From contig JAKBHL010000011.1 of NCBI GenBank assembly GCA_021836725.1, forward strand, positions 94,494 through 158,493: a DNA stretch of 64,000 nucleotides. The letters run 5' to 3'. Position 1 is the stretch's first letter. The number at the start of each line of letters is the position of its first letter. The DNA is from a bacterium. Its GTDB lineage: Bacteria; Patescibacteriota; Minisyncoccia; Phycocordibacterales; Phycocordibacteraceae. Shown piece after piece: positions 9,394 through 18,775 of the stretch. Below the pieces are notes generated by a model. The model did not search any database. It saw nothing but the letters and a program-made list of their open reading frames with translations, and had not been told where the DNA came from. Made by a program: the position numbers and the translations under genes.

Positions 9394-10080
9394 ATGATCG
9401 ACGATACACAGTTGTCACAGGAGCAGGAAACGGAGCAGTCGGCGGACGCCGCAGTGTCCGCGGCGGAGAGCCCGATCGAGACGGATGCCTCGGCTGTCGA
9501 GGACGTATCCGTCGCCGTTTCTGGAGAACCGGCGCCTGCCGCGCTCGCGCGCCCCGAACGAGGCGGCAGGGGGCCGGTGCGCTCGCGCGCTCCGCGCGGC
9601 GGGGCGCGCGCCCGCGCTCCGCGCGAGCGCGGCGAGTTTGAGCAAGTCACCATAGACGCGCGCCGCGTCGCGCGCGTGATGGCGGGCGGCCGCCGTTTCA
9701 GCTTCAGTCTCGTGGTCATCATCGGCGACAAAAAAGGCCGCGTGGGCGTGGGGCTTGGGAAAGGGGTCGATACGGCGCTTGCCATAGACAAAGCGACGCG
9801 CGACGCGAAGAAGCATCTCTTTACGATCGCGCGCACGGCTTCGGGCTCGATCCCGCATCAGGTAGAGGCCAAGTACGCTTCTTCCACGGTCGAGATCATC
9901 CCTTCAAAAGGCCGCGGGATCGTCGCGGGTTCGGCGATGCGCACCGTGCTCGAGCTCGGCGGCGTCACCGACGTCGTGGCGAAAATACACACGCGTTCGA
10001 AAAACAAGCTCACCATCTCGCGCGCGACGGTCGCCGCGCTCAAGAAATTGCGCTTGCCCGAGCGGACAAGCGCACAATAA
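9394..10080 (+). CDS. rpsE: 30S ribosomal protein S5 with ~85-aa acidic/Arg-rich N-terminal extension
   Basis: Core RVARVMAGGRRFSFSLVVIIGDKKGRVGVGLGKG matches S5; rplO starts 12 nt after its stop so no rpmD (L30) gene is present. Confidence 0.92.
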   Translation: MIDDTQLSQEQETEQSADAAVSAAESPIETDASAVEDVSVAVSGEPAPAALARPERGGRGPVRSRAPRGGARARAPRERGEFEQVTIDARRVARVMAGGRRFSFSLVVIIGDKKGRVGVGLGKGVDTALAIDKATRDAKKHLFTIARTASGSIPHQVEAKYASSTVEIIPSKGRGIVAGSAMRTVLELGGVTDVVAKIHTRSKNKLTISRATVAALKKLRLPERTSAQ

Positions 10081-10091
10081 AATATCTTCCT

Positions 10092-10544
10092 ATGCAGCTC
10101 AATTCACTCGTCCCGCGCGCAAAACGCCGTTTGTCCGTAGCGGTCGGTCGCGGCGGCAAGCGCGGCAAGACCAGCGGTCATGGCGGAAAAGGGCAGACCG
10201 CGCGCGCCGGGCACAAAATCCGGCCCGAGGTGCGCGATCTCATAAAAAAGCTCCCGAAACGCCGCGGCCACGGCAAGAATCGTTCGCGCACGGTACGGAC
10301 GAACCAATACGGCGTTTCAGCGGTAAATATCGCAGCGCTCGAAACCGCGTATAATGCCGGAGAGACGGTCTCGCCCGCTTCACTGCTTGCAAAGGGGCTC
10401 GTGCGGCGCGCCAAAGGGCGCGCGCCCGCGGTGAAGATACTCGGCACCGGCGCGCTCACGAAAGCGCTTACGGTCAAAAACTGCACGCTTTCTGCCACCG
10501 CCCGTGCCGCCATCCTCGGGGCCGGCGGCACACACAATGCTTAA
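10092..10544 (+). CDS. rplO: 50S ribosomal protein L15
   Basis: GRGGKRGKTSGHGGKGQTARAGH typical L15. Confidence 0.93.
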   Translation: MQLNSLVPRAKRRLSVAVGRGGKRGKTSGHGGKGQTARAGHKIRPEVRDLIKKLPKRRGHGKNRSRTVRTNQYGVSAVNIAALETAYNAGETVSPASLLAKGLVRRAKGRAPAVKILGTGALTKALTVKNCTLSATARAAILGAGGTHNA

Positions 10545-11811
10545 TTCTTTCACTCACAAGCTCAAACTCGCGTTCGGCGACTCGGAGATACGGCACCGCA
10601 TCCTGTTCCTTGCGGCGGCTCTCGCGCTTTTCCGTTTGCTTGCCGCAGTGCCGATTCCGGGAGTCAACAAGGCCGCGCTCGCCGCGTTCTTTGCGAACAA
10701 CCAATTTTTCGGCCTCCTGAACATCTTTTCGGGCGGCGGCCTTTCCCAGCTCTCGATAGTCATGCTTGGCGTGGGCCCCTACATCACCGCCTCGATAATC
10801 ATGCAGCTCGGCACCATCATATTCCCGCAGGTGAAACAGGCGTACTTTGAAGAAGGGGAAGCGGGCCGCGCGAAGTTCATCGAATGGAGCCGTCTTCTCA
10901 CCGTTCCCATCGCTATTTTGCAGGCCGTCGGTTTCTTGTTTCTTCTTGAGAGCCAGGGCGTCATAGCGCATTTGGGTTCCGTATCGCTCATCGCGAACAT
11001 AACGCTCGTCGCGGCTGGTTCCATGCTCCTCATGTGGATCGGCGAGCTCGTGACCGAATTCGGCATCGGCAACGGCGTTTCGCTCATCATTCTCGCCGGC
11101 ATCCTTTCGCGCGTGCCCGCCGGCATTTCCGAGACCATTTTTGCTTCTACCGCTGCGAATATCCCCAGCTATCTCGCATTCCTCGTTCTTGCTCTCGCGA
11201 TGATCTACGCGGTCGTCGTCGTCTCCGATGCCGAGCGCTCGATACCGATTGCCTATGCGCGGCAGGTGCGCGGCGCGGCGCTCGCTCAAGGCGCGGCGAC
11301 GTACCTCCCCATCCGTCTCCTGCAGGCCGGCGTGATCCCCATCATCTTCGCTCTCTCGCTCCTGCTTCTGCCGCAGATGGCGCTTTCGATGCTCGGGGCC
11401 GCGCATGTCTCGTTCGCCTCGGGCGCGGCGCTTTGGTATACCGCTTTCCTCTCCAATCCGTGGAAGTACGGCGCCGTGTATTTCACGCTCGTCGTGCTCT
11501 TTACCTACTTCTACACCGCGGTTACTTTCGAGCCGCACCGCGTCGCGGAGGATCTCCAAAAAACCGGAGCGTTCGTCCCCGGAGTGCGCCCCGGCCGCGA
11601 GACCGAGGAATACATCGGAAAGGTGGTCAACCGCGTTACGCTTCCGGGCGCCGCTTTCCTCGGCCTTCTCGCAGTGGCTCCCTCGATCATCCAAGGGCTT
11701 ACCGGCATTACGACGCTGGTGTTGGGAGGCACGGCGCTTCTCATCGCGGTGCAGGTGGCGCTTGATCTGGCGCAAAAGATCGACGCACAAGTTTCGCTTC
11801 GGGAATACTGA
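10537..11811 (+). CDS. secY: Preprotein translocase SecY
   Basis: 10 TM helices, conserved SecY motifs (GIGNGVSLIIL); follows rplO. Confidence 0.93.
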   Translation: MLNSFTHKLKLAFGDSEIRHRILFLAAALALFRLLAAVPIPGVNKAALAAFFANNQFFGLLNIFSGGGLSQLSIVMLGVGPYITASIIMQLGTIIFPQVKQAYFEEGEAGRAKFIEWSRLLTVPIAILQAVGFLFLLESQGVIAHLGSVSLIANITLVAAGSMLLMWIGELVTEFGIGNGVSLIILAGILSRVPAGISETIFASTAANIPSYLAFLVLALAMIYAVVVVSDAERSIPIAYARQVRGAALAQGAATYLPIRLLQAGVIPIIFALSLLLLPQMALSMLGAAHVSFASGAALWYTAFLSNPWKYGAVYFTLVVLFTYFYTAVTFEPHRVAEDLQKTGAFVPGVRPGRETEEYIGKVVNRVTLPGAAFLGLLAVAPSIIQGLTGITTLVLGGTALLIAVQVALDLAQKIDAQVSLREY

Positions 11812-11835
11812 AACTAAAAATGCTAGAGTGGACGG

Positions 11836-12462
11836 ATGGATACGCACTCCAAGGATACTCTCGCGAAAGGACGTGAAGGGGCGCATACCGTTTTCTTCAT
11901 CGGGAAACCGGGTTGTGGCAAGGGCACGCAAGCGAAGCTGCTCTCGCAAGCGACCGGCTGGGCGATCATTTCTGCCGGTCAGCAGTTTCGAGACATAGCC
12001 GCTCTCGATACCAGGGTTGGCCGGAAAATCAAGTCTGAGATAGAGGCCGGATTTCTCGCGCCGCATTGGTTCGCGATGTATCTTTTTCAGAAGGCGCTTT
12101 TTGCGCTTCCGGACGGCGCGAGCGCCATCTTTGACGGGTTCAATCGCAAACTGCCCGAAGCCGAACTCATTCTCGAATCCCTTTCGTGGCTCGAGCGGCC
12201 GTTCCTGATTTTCGATATCCGTATATCCGATGAAGAAGTGCATCGCCGTCTCATGGGCCGCAGAGAAACCGAAGGCCGGCATGACGATGCCGTCGTTAGC
12301 GAACGATTGAAAGAATATTACGCACACACCGAAGCGGCGGTGGAAACGTTTCGAAGAGCGGGCGTGCTCATCGACATACAAGGTGAGCAGCCGCCGGAGC
12401 AGGTTGCAAGCGATATTCGCGCGGCACTCGCTCACGCACCTTCGCAGACACACCCGGCATGA
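11836..12462 (+). CDS. adk: Adenylate kinase (short, no zinc lid)
   Basis: P-loop GKPGCGKGTQ, position after secY. Confidence 0.9.
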   Translation: MDTHSKDTLAKGREGAHTVFFIGKPGCGKGTQAKLLSQATGWAIISAGQQFRDIAALDTRVGRKIKSEIEAGFLAPHWFAMYLFQKALFALPDGASAIFDGFNRKLPEAELILESLSWLERPFLIFDIRISDEEVHRRLMGRRETEGRHDDAVVSERLKEYYAHTEAAVETFRRAGVLIDIQGEQPPEQVASDIRAALAHAPSQTHPA

Positions 12463-13223
12463 TACTCCGGAACGATACCGAACGGGCGAATCTTATCGAA
12501 GCGGGGAAACGCCTCGCGACAGTGCTTCGCGCGCTCCGCGTCGCCGTCGCCCCCGGAGTGACATCTGAAGAACTAGACGACAAAGCGGAAGAGCTCATAC
12601 GCGCGGGCGCTGATGAGCCGGTGTTCCTCGGCTATACGCCCGAAGGCGCGCATCGCCCGTACCCGGCGACGCTCTGCGTCTCGATAAACGACGAAGTCGT
12701 GCATGGCATCCCGAATGAATCGAAAAAAATCCTGAAGCAAGGGGATATCGTCGGACTCGATCTCGGTCTCGCGCATGAGGGCATCATCGTCGATGCGGCA
12801 ATCACCGTACCGGTCGGGCACGTAGATGACGAGGCGAAACGGCTCCTGTACGCGACCGAGGAGGCGCTCAAAGCCGGAATCGAGCGTGCTGTCATCGGAA
12901 ATCATATCGGCGATATCTCGCACGCCATCGCGGAGACGATCGAGAGCGCGGGTTTCAAGGTCGTGAAATCCCTCGGCGGGCACGGCGTCGGCGATCGTGT
13001 GCACGAAGAACCTTTCATCCCCAACTATGGGCGCGCGGGAACAGGACCGGTACTGGAGGAAGGCATGGTGCTCGCGCTCGAACCGATTTCAAGCGCCGGC
13101 AAGGCGGCGGTCATCCTCGCTCCGGACGGATACACGTACAAAACCAAAGACGGATCCCGCTCCGCGCACTTCGAGCACACCATCTTGATTGAAAAGGACG
13201 GACCGCGTATCATTACCGGATAA
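12459..13223 (+). CDS. map: Methionine aminopeptidase type I
   Basis: Pita-bread fold motifs (HGIP, DIVGLDLG, GGHGVG, ALEP). Confidence 0.92.
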   Translation: MILRNDTERANLIEAGKRLATVLRALRVAVAPGVTSEELDDKAEELIRAGADEPVFLGYTPEGAHRPYPATLCVSINDEVVHGIPNESKKILKQGDIVGLDLGLAHEGIIVDAAITVPVGHVDDEAKRLLYATEEALKAGIERAVIGNHIGDISHAIAETIESAGFKVVKSLGGHGVGDRVHEEPFIPNYGRAGTGPVLEEGMVLALEPISSAGKAAVILAPDGYTYKTKDGSRSAHFEHTILIEKDGPRIITG

Positions 13224-13252
13224 CCGCTCCGCGGCTATTTATTTTTGAAATT

Positions 13253-13837
13253 ATGGCACACAAGAATCCGAAGGAAGAACGCACGTACGTGATGATAAAG
13301 CCCGACGGAGTGAAAAAGGGGCTGGTCGGCGAGATTATCAAGCGTTTCGAGCAGCGCGATCTCAAGATCGTCGCTCTCGAGATGTTTCAGCCGACGTTCG
13401 AGCAGATCGATACGCATTATCCGAAAGATGCCGCGTGGGTGAAGCGCCTCGGCGAGAAGACGCTCGCTACCTATGAAAAGTATCAGTTTGATGCGATGGA
13501 GGATTTCGGTACGGCCGCTCCCGAAGAGATCGGCCCTGAAATACGGAAATGGCTCGTCGATTACATGCTCTCCGCTCCTCTCGTGAAGATGGTGGTCGAA
13601 GGCACGCACGCGGTCGACATGGTGCGTAAGATCTGCGGCCCGACGATGCCGTATCAAGCCGATATGGGCACCATCCGCGGAGATTTTTCCAATGATTCCC
13701 CCGCCATCGCGAACGCCGAGAAACGCGCGGTCGCGAACATCGTTCACGCGTCCGAGACGCCCGAGGAAGCGGCGCACGAGATTGAGCACTGGTTCGGGAA
13801 GAGCACCCTCCACCGCTACAAACGGCACGGCGATTAG
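13253..13837 (+). CDS. ndk: Nucleoside diphosphate kinase with ~45-aa internal insertion
   Basis: ERTYVMIKPDGV and NIVHASE (active-site His) motifs; 194 aa vs ~140 typical. Confidence 0.85.
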   Translation: MAHKNPKEERTYVMIKPDGVKKGLVGEIIKRFEQRDLKIVALEMFQPTFEQIDTHYPKDAAWVKRLGEKTLATYEKYQFDAMEDFGTAAPEEIGPEIRKWLVDYMLSAPLVKMVVEGTHAVDMVRKICGPTMPYQADMGTIRGDFSNDSPAIANAEKRAVANIVHASETPEEAAHEIEHWFGKSTLHRYKRHGD

Positions 13838-13991
13838 AACCCATCCCAAAACCCCCGCCTCCCCCGCGAAGGGTATGCGGCAGAAAGAGGCTCTCGGAGC
13901 CCGACGGGGCGAGAGGCGAGCCGCTTTTAGAGCAGAAAAAGACAGCGTACTCCTTTCTGTCGCATACCCGAGGGGGTTTTGGGATGGGTTC
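13838..13991. mobile_element. MITE-like palindromic repeat, copy 2 (canonical; perfect 20-nt TIRs GAACCCATCCCAAAACCCCC / GGGGGTTTTGGGATGGGTTC)
   Basis: Begins immediately after ndk TAG stop (TAGAACCC); core shared with other copies. Confidence 0.85.
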
Positions 13992-14150
13992 CAGAAAGGG
14001 AGTATACTTATACCCGGAGCCGTTCTTAAAAACGCAACTTGCCTCATTTTCGGGAGCTTTACATTCAGGTTCGCTTGGCGAATTCCGCAGGGAAATCCGA
14101 TAGCCGCCATTGGGGCACCCACCTGGCAGAATAAAGTTGCATCAGGGAAC

Positions 14151-14197
14151 GGCTCCGCAGAAATCCCGTCTCGCTGAGACGGGATTTCTGCGGAGCC
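14151..14197. promoter_or_regulatory. Perfect 21-bp-stem palindrome (GGCTCCGCAGAAATCCCGTCTC-GCTG-GAGACGGGATTTCTGCGGAGCC) 17 nt upstream of the MBL gene start
   Basis: Seen directly; no U-tract follows. Confidence 0.5.
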
Positions 14198-14213
14198 GTG
14201 ATACAGTGCTAGC

Positions 14214-15605
14214 ATGTCATTGCGGCTGAGTTTTTATGGCGGCGCAGGGAAAGTCACCGGATCGAATTTTTTAATTGAAGGGGCGCGCGGAAGGATTCTC
14301 GTCGATTGCGGGATCGAGCAGGGCGCCGACTTCTGTGCGGCAGACATGTACGGGCCGTTTCCCTATGATGTAAAGGCAATTGACGCGCTTGTTCTCACGC
14401 ACGCGCATCTCGATCACGTCGGGCGCGTGCCAAAACTCGTTCGGAGCGGCTTCCGCGGAAGGATTTTCATGACACCGCCCACGAAAGATATAGCCGAGCT
14501 CATTTTGCGCGATTCGGTCAGCATTCTTCGTCAGGATGCTAAGCGCCGCGGAGCCGAACCACTCTACGAGGAACGGGATGTCGACGCGACGTTCGCGCTC
14601 ATCGAGACGCTTGAGTATCATACGGAAAAAGAAATCGCGCCCGGGCTCACCGTTTATTTGCGCGGCACGGGCCATATCCTCGGCTCCTCGAGCGTCCGCA
14701 TCAAGGATGAAGATGGAACCGCGATCGCGCTTACCGGCGATATCGGCAATTCGCCCTCTCCTCTCCTTCCTGATTGGGAGCCGGTGCCGGACGCCGATGC
14801 GCTTGTCATGGAGAGCGTCTATGGCGACCGGCTTCATCCGCCGCATAGGGAACGCGTAGCGCTTCTGCGCGATACGCTCAAACGCGCCATCGGCAAAGGC
14901 GGCGCGGTGCTCATTCCCGCCTTTTCGCTCGAACGTACGCAGCTCATGCTCTATGAACTCTCCAATTTCTTCGCGGCGGGCGAACTTCCGAAAGTGCCCG
15001 TGTTCCTCGATTCGCCGCTCGCTATCCGTGTGACGGAAGTGTATGAGAAATGGGGACCGACCTATTTCAAGAACGCCGCCGAGGAGGAGATGAAGAGAGA
15101 AAAGAGCCTTTTTGAATTTCCGTTTCTGACTAAGACGTTCTCATCCGCACAGTCGCGGGAGATAGAAAAAACGCAAAATCCCAAAATAATCATCGCCGGA
15201 GCAGGGATGAGTCACGGCGGCCGTATCGGCCTCTGGGAGGCGAAATACCTTCCCGATCCATCCACGACCCTCCTCATCGTCGGGTATCAGGCCCCGGGAA
15301 GTCCGGGGCGGCGCATGGCGGAAGGCGCGTCCTCGGTGCGTCTGAATGGCCGCGCCGTGCGTCTGCGGGCAAAAGTGGAAATCCTCGAAGGGTGGTCAGC
15401 GCACGCCGATCGCGATGAACTTCTCAAGTTTGCCGAAACGGCCCTTTCAGAGAAGCGCACAAAAGTTATTTTCACGGCCATCGGCGAGCCTTCCGCCGAG
15501 CGCTTCCTTGCGCAACGCATTCACGACTATCTCGGCGGGCGCGCCGTTGTCCCGGAGGCAGGGGAGGTATGGGACATTGCCAAAGATTCCGTAAAGAAAG
15601 TCTAA
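14214..15605 (+). CDS. MBL-fold beta-CASP family ribonuclease/hydrolase (RNA-metabolising metallo-beta-lactamase, COG1236-like)
   Basis: HAHLDHVG motif, beta-CASP-like central region, C-terminal HADRDEL motif. Confidence 0.75.
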   Translation: MSLRLSFYGGAGKVTGSNFLIEGARGRILVDCGIEQGADFCAADMYGPFPYDVKAIDALVLTHAHLDHVGRVPKLVRSGFRGRIFMTPPTKDIAELILRDSVSILRQDAKRRGAEPLYEERDVDATFALIETLEYHTEKEIAPGLTVYLRGTGHILGSSSVRIKDEDGTAIALTGDIGNSPSPLLPDWEPVPDADALVMESVYGDRLHPPHRERVALLRDTLKRAIGKGGAVLIPAFSLERTQLMLYELSNFFAAGELPKVPVFLDSPLAIRVTEVYEKWGPTYFKNAAEEEMKREKSLFEFPFLTKTFSSAQSREIEKTQNPKIIIAGAGMSHGGRIGLWEAKYLPDPSTTLLIVGYQAPGSPGRRMAEGASSVRLNGRAVRLRAKVEILEGWSAHADRDELLKFAETALSEKRTKVIFTAIGEPSAERFLAQRIHDYLGGRAVVPEAGEVWDIAKDSVKKV

Positions 15606-15644
15606 TTCCGATGAGAGCTCCGTTTTCATATTAAATTAAAAAAG

Positions 15645-15684
15645 AAAAGCGCCGTTTCCAGCTTACGCTGGACGTGCGCTTTTC
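15645..15684. terminator. Bidirectional intrinsic terminator between convergent genes
   Basis: AAAAGCGCC...GGACGTGCGCTTTT hairpin with A/T flanks. Confidence 0.5.
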
Positions 15685-15691
15685 ACCAAAT

Positions 15692-15916
15692 TCATGCCAC
15701 ATGCTCTGACCTGCCGGCAATGTTGCACGCCAGATGTCCCTGTGCGCATTCATCGCACACAGGAATGATGGTGGCGTGCTTTCTGCTTTTCAGGCCGAAA
15801 GCAAAGAGACAAACGACATGCCGCCCCAGCCACTCGAAATATGTCTCGTTCGGCTTCATGTCCCGGATGGCGTAGTGCATCTCGCCCATTTCACCCTTAC
15901 AGATTGAACAGTTCAT
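15692..15916 (-). CDS. Small zinc-ribbon protein (CxxC...CxxC), hypothetical
   Basis: MNCSICKGE...CDECAQGH; coding call tentative. Confidence 0.4.
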   Translation of the reverse strand: MNCSICKGEMGEMHYAIRDMKPNETYFEWLGRHVVCLFAFGLKSRKHATIIPVCDECAQGHLACNIAGRSEHVA

Positions 15917-16013
15917 GCTCGCTTCTCCTCAGCGTCGTAGTGCGGAGCGCACGAATACCGTTGCGCACTATACAGCATCTCCCCAAAGAAGCAACGCATC
16001 AAGCGCCGCGCGC

Positions 16014-16361
16014 TTATACCGCCTGCTTGGCTATGCGCGTGAAAATTTCTGGGTGTTCGGTCGCGAAAGTCGCAAGAACCTTGCGGTCGAGAAGAATGCC
16101 GTGCTTTTTAAGCGTGCCGATGAAAACGCTGTAGGAAGGATGGCCATTCTCGCGAACGGCAGCGTTGAGCCGGACAATCCAAAGCTGCCGGAAATCGGTC
16201 TTTTTATCGCGGCGATGGGCAAAAGCGTATTTACCCGCATGCAGGAGCGCTTCATGCGCGTAGCGCTCTTTCTTTGAACGCACGCCGCGATAACCCTTCG
16301 CCCGCGCGAGAACGTTCTTACGGCGTTTCTGGGCCAACACACCTCCTTTCACTCGTGCCAT
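16014..16361 (-). CDS. rplT: 50S ribosomal protein L20
   Basis: MARVKGGVLAQKRRKNVLARAKGYRG typical L20. Confidence 0.92.
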   Translation of the reverse strand: MARVKGGVLAQKRRKNVLARAKGYRGVRSKKERYAHEALLHAGKYAFAHRRDKKTDFRQLWIVRLNAAVRENGHPSYSVFIGTLKKHGILLDRKVLATFATEHPEIFTRIAKQAV

Positions 16362-16388
16362 ACGGAATAGGTATTTAAATACGGTTAA

Positions 16389-16574
16389 TTATGCGCCCGG
16401 AAGAAAACGCTGTCGGACCTTTGCAGAGAGCGCGAGGGAGACCGATCGGCGTTTCGAGCGGCGTTTCCCGCTGCTTTGCTTTGCGTTGAAATGGTCCTGG
16501 CCTTTCGCACGCGCGACGAGCTTTCCCGTGCGCGTCACGCGGATCCTTTTTGAATATGATTTATTTGTTTTCAT
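16389..16574 (-). CDS. rpmI: 50S ribosomal protein L35
   Basis: MKTNKSYSKRIRVTRTGKLVARAKGQDHFNAKQS; internal start within longer ORF; infC-rpmI-rplT order. Confidence 0.85.
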   Translation of the reverse strand: MKTNKSYSKRIRVTRTGKLVARAKGQDHFNAKQSSGKRRSKRRSVSLALSAKVRQRFLPGA

Positions 16575-17127
16575 CGTTTTGTTTCTGTTCTTTCTCGCGT
16601 TTTTGCTGCGCGACGAGATCGCGCTCGATGACGCCGGCGAAGCCTTTCGGACTCCTCGTGATCGGTTCGGCGACCTTATACGCATAAGGGATGCGCAGGA
16701 GGAACTTCTCAAGGCGCTCCTTAAGAAACTCCTCACCCATGCCCTTATAGCGGCCCTTCAGGAAGAGCTCGGCGCGTACTCGATGCCCCTCGGCGAGCCA
16801 TTCGGCCGCTTTCTTCGCCTTGAGGAGCATGTCATTGTCGCCGGTACCCACCTTTATCTGGATCTCCTTGGTCTCCGATACTTTGACCTTCGCTTTCGCT
16901 ACTTTCTCTTTTTTGCTGCGCTCGTATTCGAATTTACCATAATCCGTAATCTTCGCAACGGGCGGGACCGCCGAGGGCGAAATTTCAATAAGATCAAGTC
17001 CGGCGCGCTTTGCCGCTTCCAGAGCTTCGGAAAGCTTGAGAACACCGAGGTTTTCTCCTTCCGCACCGATGACGCGCAACTCTTGCGCGCGAATCTCATT
17101 ATTTATACGGAGTCGATCGGTAGCCAC
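16561..17127 (-). CDS. infC: Translation initiation factor IF-3
   Basis: INNEIRAQELRVIGAEGENLGV ... typical IF3 N and C domains. Confidence 0.92.
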   Translation of the reverse strand: MATDRLRINNEIRAQELRVIGAEGENLGVLKLSEALEAAKRAGLDLIEISPSAVPPVAKITDYGKFEYERSKKEKVAKAKVKVSETKEIQIKVGTGDNDMLLKAKKAAEWLAEGHRVRAELFLKGRYKGMGEEFLKERLEKFLLRIPYAYKVAEPITRSPKGFAGVIERDLVAQQKREKEQKQNDENK

Positions 17128-17171
17128 TGGAAGTGGCCGAAGTATAGCACAAAGAGTGCGGAATACACAAT

Positions 17172-18119
17172 TTATTTTGAGAGCTGGCCGGGATCGGAGA
17201 GGATGATTTCCGCTTTGCCCTGATAGGAAGAAATCTTGCCCGTGAGGGTGATGACTGTCCCGTTATAGCGCGCAAGATCGCCGAATTTCTTCACGTCATC
17301 GGCGAAGATCACGCCTGAGAACGGGCAATTTTTATAGTCGGTGCAGAAATCGAGGAAAACGGTTCCGCGCGCCGAAGCGTAGACATTCACCAGCCGGCCT
17401 CGTACCGAGGCGATCGCGCCGATGTGGGCTGGCGCATTGCTGTAGTCGATGACGCCGAGCGAAACGGGCGCGGCCGCTCCCGCGGCCGCGCTGGTGCCTT
17501 TGTAGGCGTCGAAGAGACGCCTCAGTATATTTTCATACGTTTGCCGCAGCGCCGGGTCAGTGCCTATCTCTAGGATTTCGTCATTCAGGGTCGTTGCGGA
17601 GTTGGTCCAGTTATAGCTGCCGAGCGCGTACGCCGAGTCGGTGACGATCGCTTTGATGTGCATGATGCCGTTCCCGCTCCCATGCTTCTCGGTTCTCACG
17701 GGAATGCCGGCCGCAATGAGTTCTTTGATGATCGGCTTATCGTAGCTGTTCGCGCTCTCTCCGGCGTCGACGAGTCCGCGCACCTCCACGCCGCGCTCTT
17801 TCGCCGCGACCAGGGCATCGGCGATATCTTTGAGCGTGAACTCATACATCGCGAAATAGATGCGGCTTTTCGCGGCGTTGATGAGCGCGATGATCTCCTT
17901 GTCGTTTTGCTTCGCGTCGAGGCTATAGATGACGCGCGTGGAACCTGCAGACGGCGCAGTGACGGTGACGGCGGGGATACTCGGCGCGGCGCCTTGCGCC
18001 GCGCCGGAATGCCCCGCAGTGTATCCCGCTCCGCCTGCGGTGAGCGCGAGCGTCGCCGCTATCGCAGAGCGAATGATTTTCTGATCCATAGGTATAGGCT
18101 CAGTATAGCGGTAAAACAA
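17172..18119 (-). CDS. Secreted phospholipase-D-family nuclease (HKD motif) fused to C-terminal OB-fold domain; probable true start at 18089 (MDQKIIRS signal peptide)
   Basis: HIKAIVTDSAYALGSYNWTNSA HxK...D...GSxN motif; signal peptide; C-terminal OB-like segment. Confidence 0.75.
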   Translation of the reverse strand: MFYRYTEPIPMDQKIIRSAIAATLALTAGGAGYTAGHSGAAQGAAPSIPAVTVTAPSAGSTRVIYSLDAKQNDKEIIALINAAKSRIYFAMYEFTLKDIADALVAAKERGVEVRGLVDAGESANSYDKPIIKELIAAGIPVRTEKHGSGNGIMHIKAIVTDSAYALGSYNWTNSATTLNDEILEIGTDPALRQTYENILRRLFDAYKGTSAAAGAAAPVSLGVIDYSNAPAHIGAIASVRGRLVNVYASARGTVFLDFCTDYKNCPFSGVIFADDVKKFGDLARYNGTVITLTGKISSYQGKAEIILSDPGQLSK

Positions 18120-18241
18120 GCCGCTCGTCCCATTCCAGCTGCAAAGCAGTCGGGACCTGGCCGATTCCAGCAGTTATCCCCACGTCCCGGTCTCCCGGGA
18201 TGGAGTACGGTATAGCGCATAAGCCATAACAATACGCCGCT

Positions 18242-18775
18242 ATGAAAATCGTCGCCCTCTCGGGAAGTTTGCGAAAGGATTCTTACAACACGATGCTTCT
18301 GCGCTCATGTGCGGAGCTTGCTCCGGCGAACATGGAAATCGAGCTAGTGGGTATCGGCGATCTGCCGCTCTACAATTCCGATTTGGAAGCGGCGTATCCG
18401 GCTGCGGCGCAGGCGCTCAAAGATGCGGTGAATGCGGCCGATGGCCTCATCATCGCGACACCGGAGTACAACCGCTCGATCTCAGGCGTTCTGAAGAACG
18501 CCATTGATTGGCTGAGCCGGCCGTACGGGCAGAACTCTTTCGCCCGCAAGCCGGTGCTCGTCGCCGGCGTTTCGATAGGGAAGATCGGCACTGCCGTCGC
18601 GCAGAGCCACTTGAAGCAAATCATGACATACCTCGATGCAAATCTTATCGGTCAGCCAGAACTGTATCTCGGGCCCGCTGCCGAGCTCTTCGACGCGTCG
18701 GGGAAGCTTACGAATGACTCGACGAAAGAACTGCTCGCGAAAGCGCTCGGCGCGCTCCTTGAGCGCGCGTCCTAG
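18242..18775 (+). CDS. NADPH-dependent FMN reductase family (SsuE/YieF/ChrR-like)
   Basis: MKIVALSGSLRKDSYN...ATPEYNRSISGVLKNAIDW flavodoxin-like signature. Confidence 0.85.
   Translation: MKIVALSGSLRKDSYNTMLLRSCAELAPANMEIELVGIGDLPLYNSDLEAAYPAAAQALKDAVNAADGLIIATPEYNRSISGVLKNAIDWLSRPYGQNSFARKPVLVAGVSIGKIGTAVAQSHLKQIMTYLDANLIGQPELYLGPAAELFDASGKLTNDSTKELLAKALGALLERAS

Noticed and set aside
10474-12453. 659-aa minus-strand ORF spanning secY and adk
   Set aside because: Antisense shadow ORF typical of high-GC DNA; Arg/Ala-rich low-complexity translation, overlaps two strongly conserved genes on the other strand.
13235-14215. 326-aa minus ORF covering ndk and MITE copy 2
   Set aside because: Antisense to ndk; crosses a repeat element.
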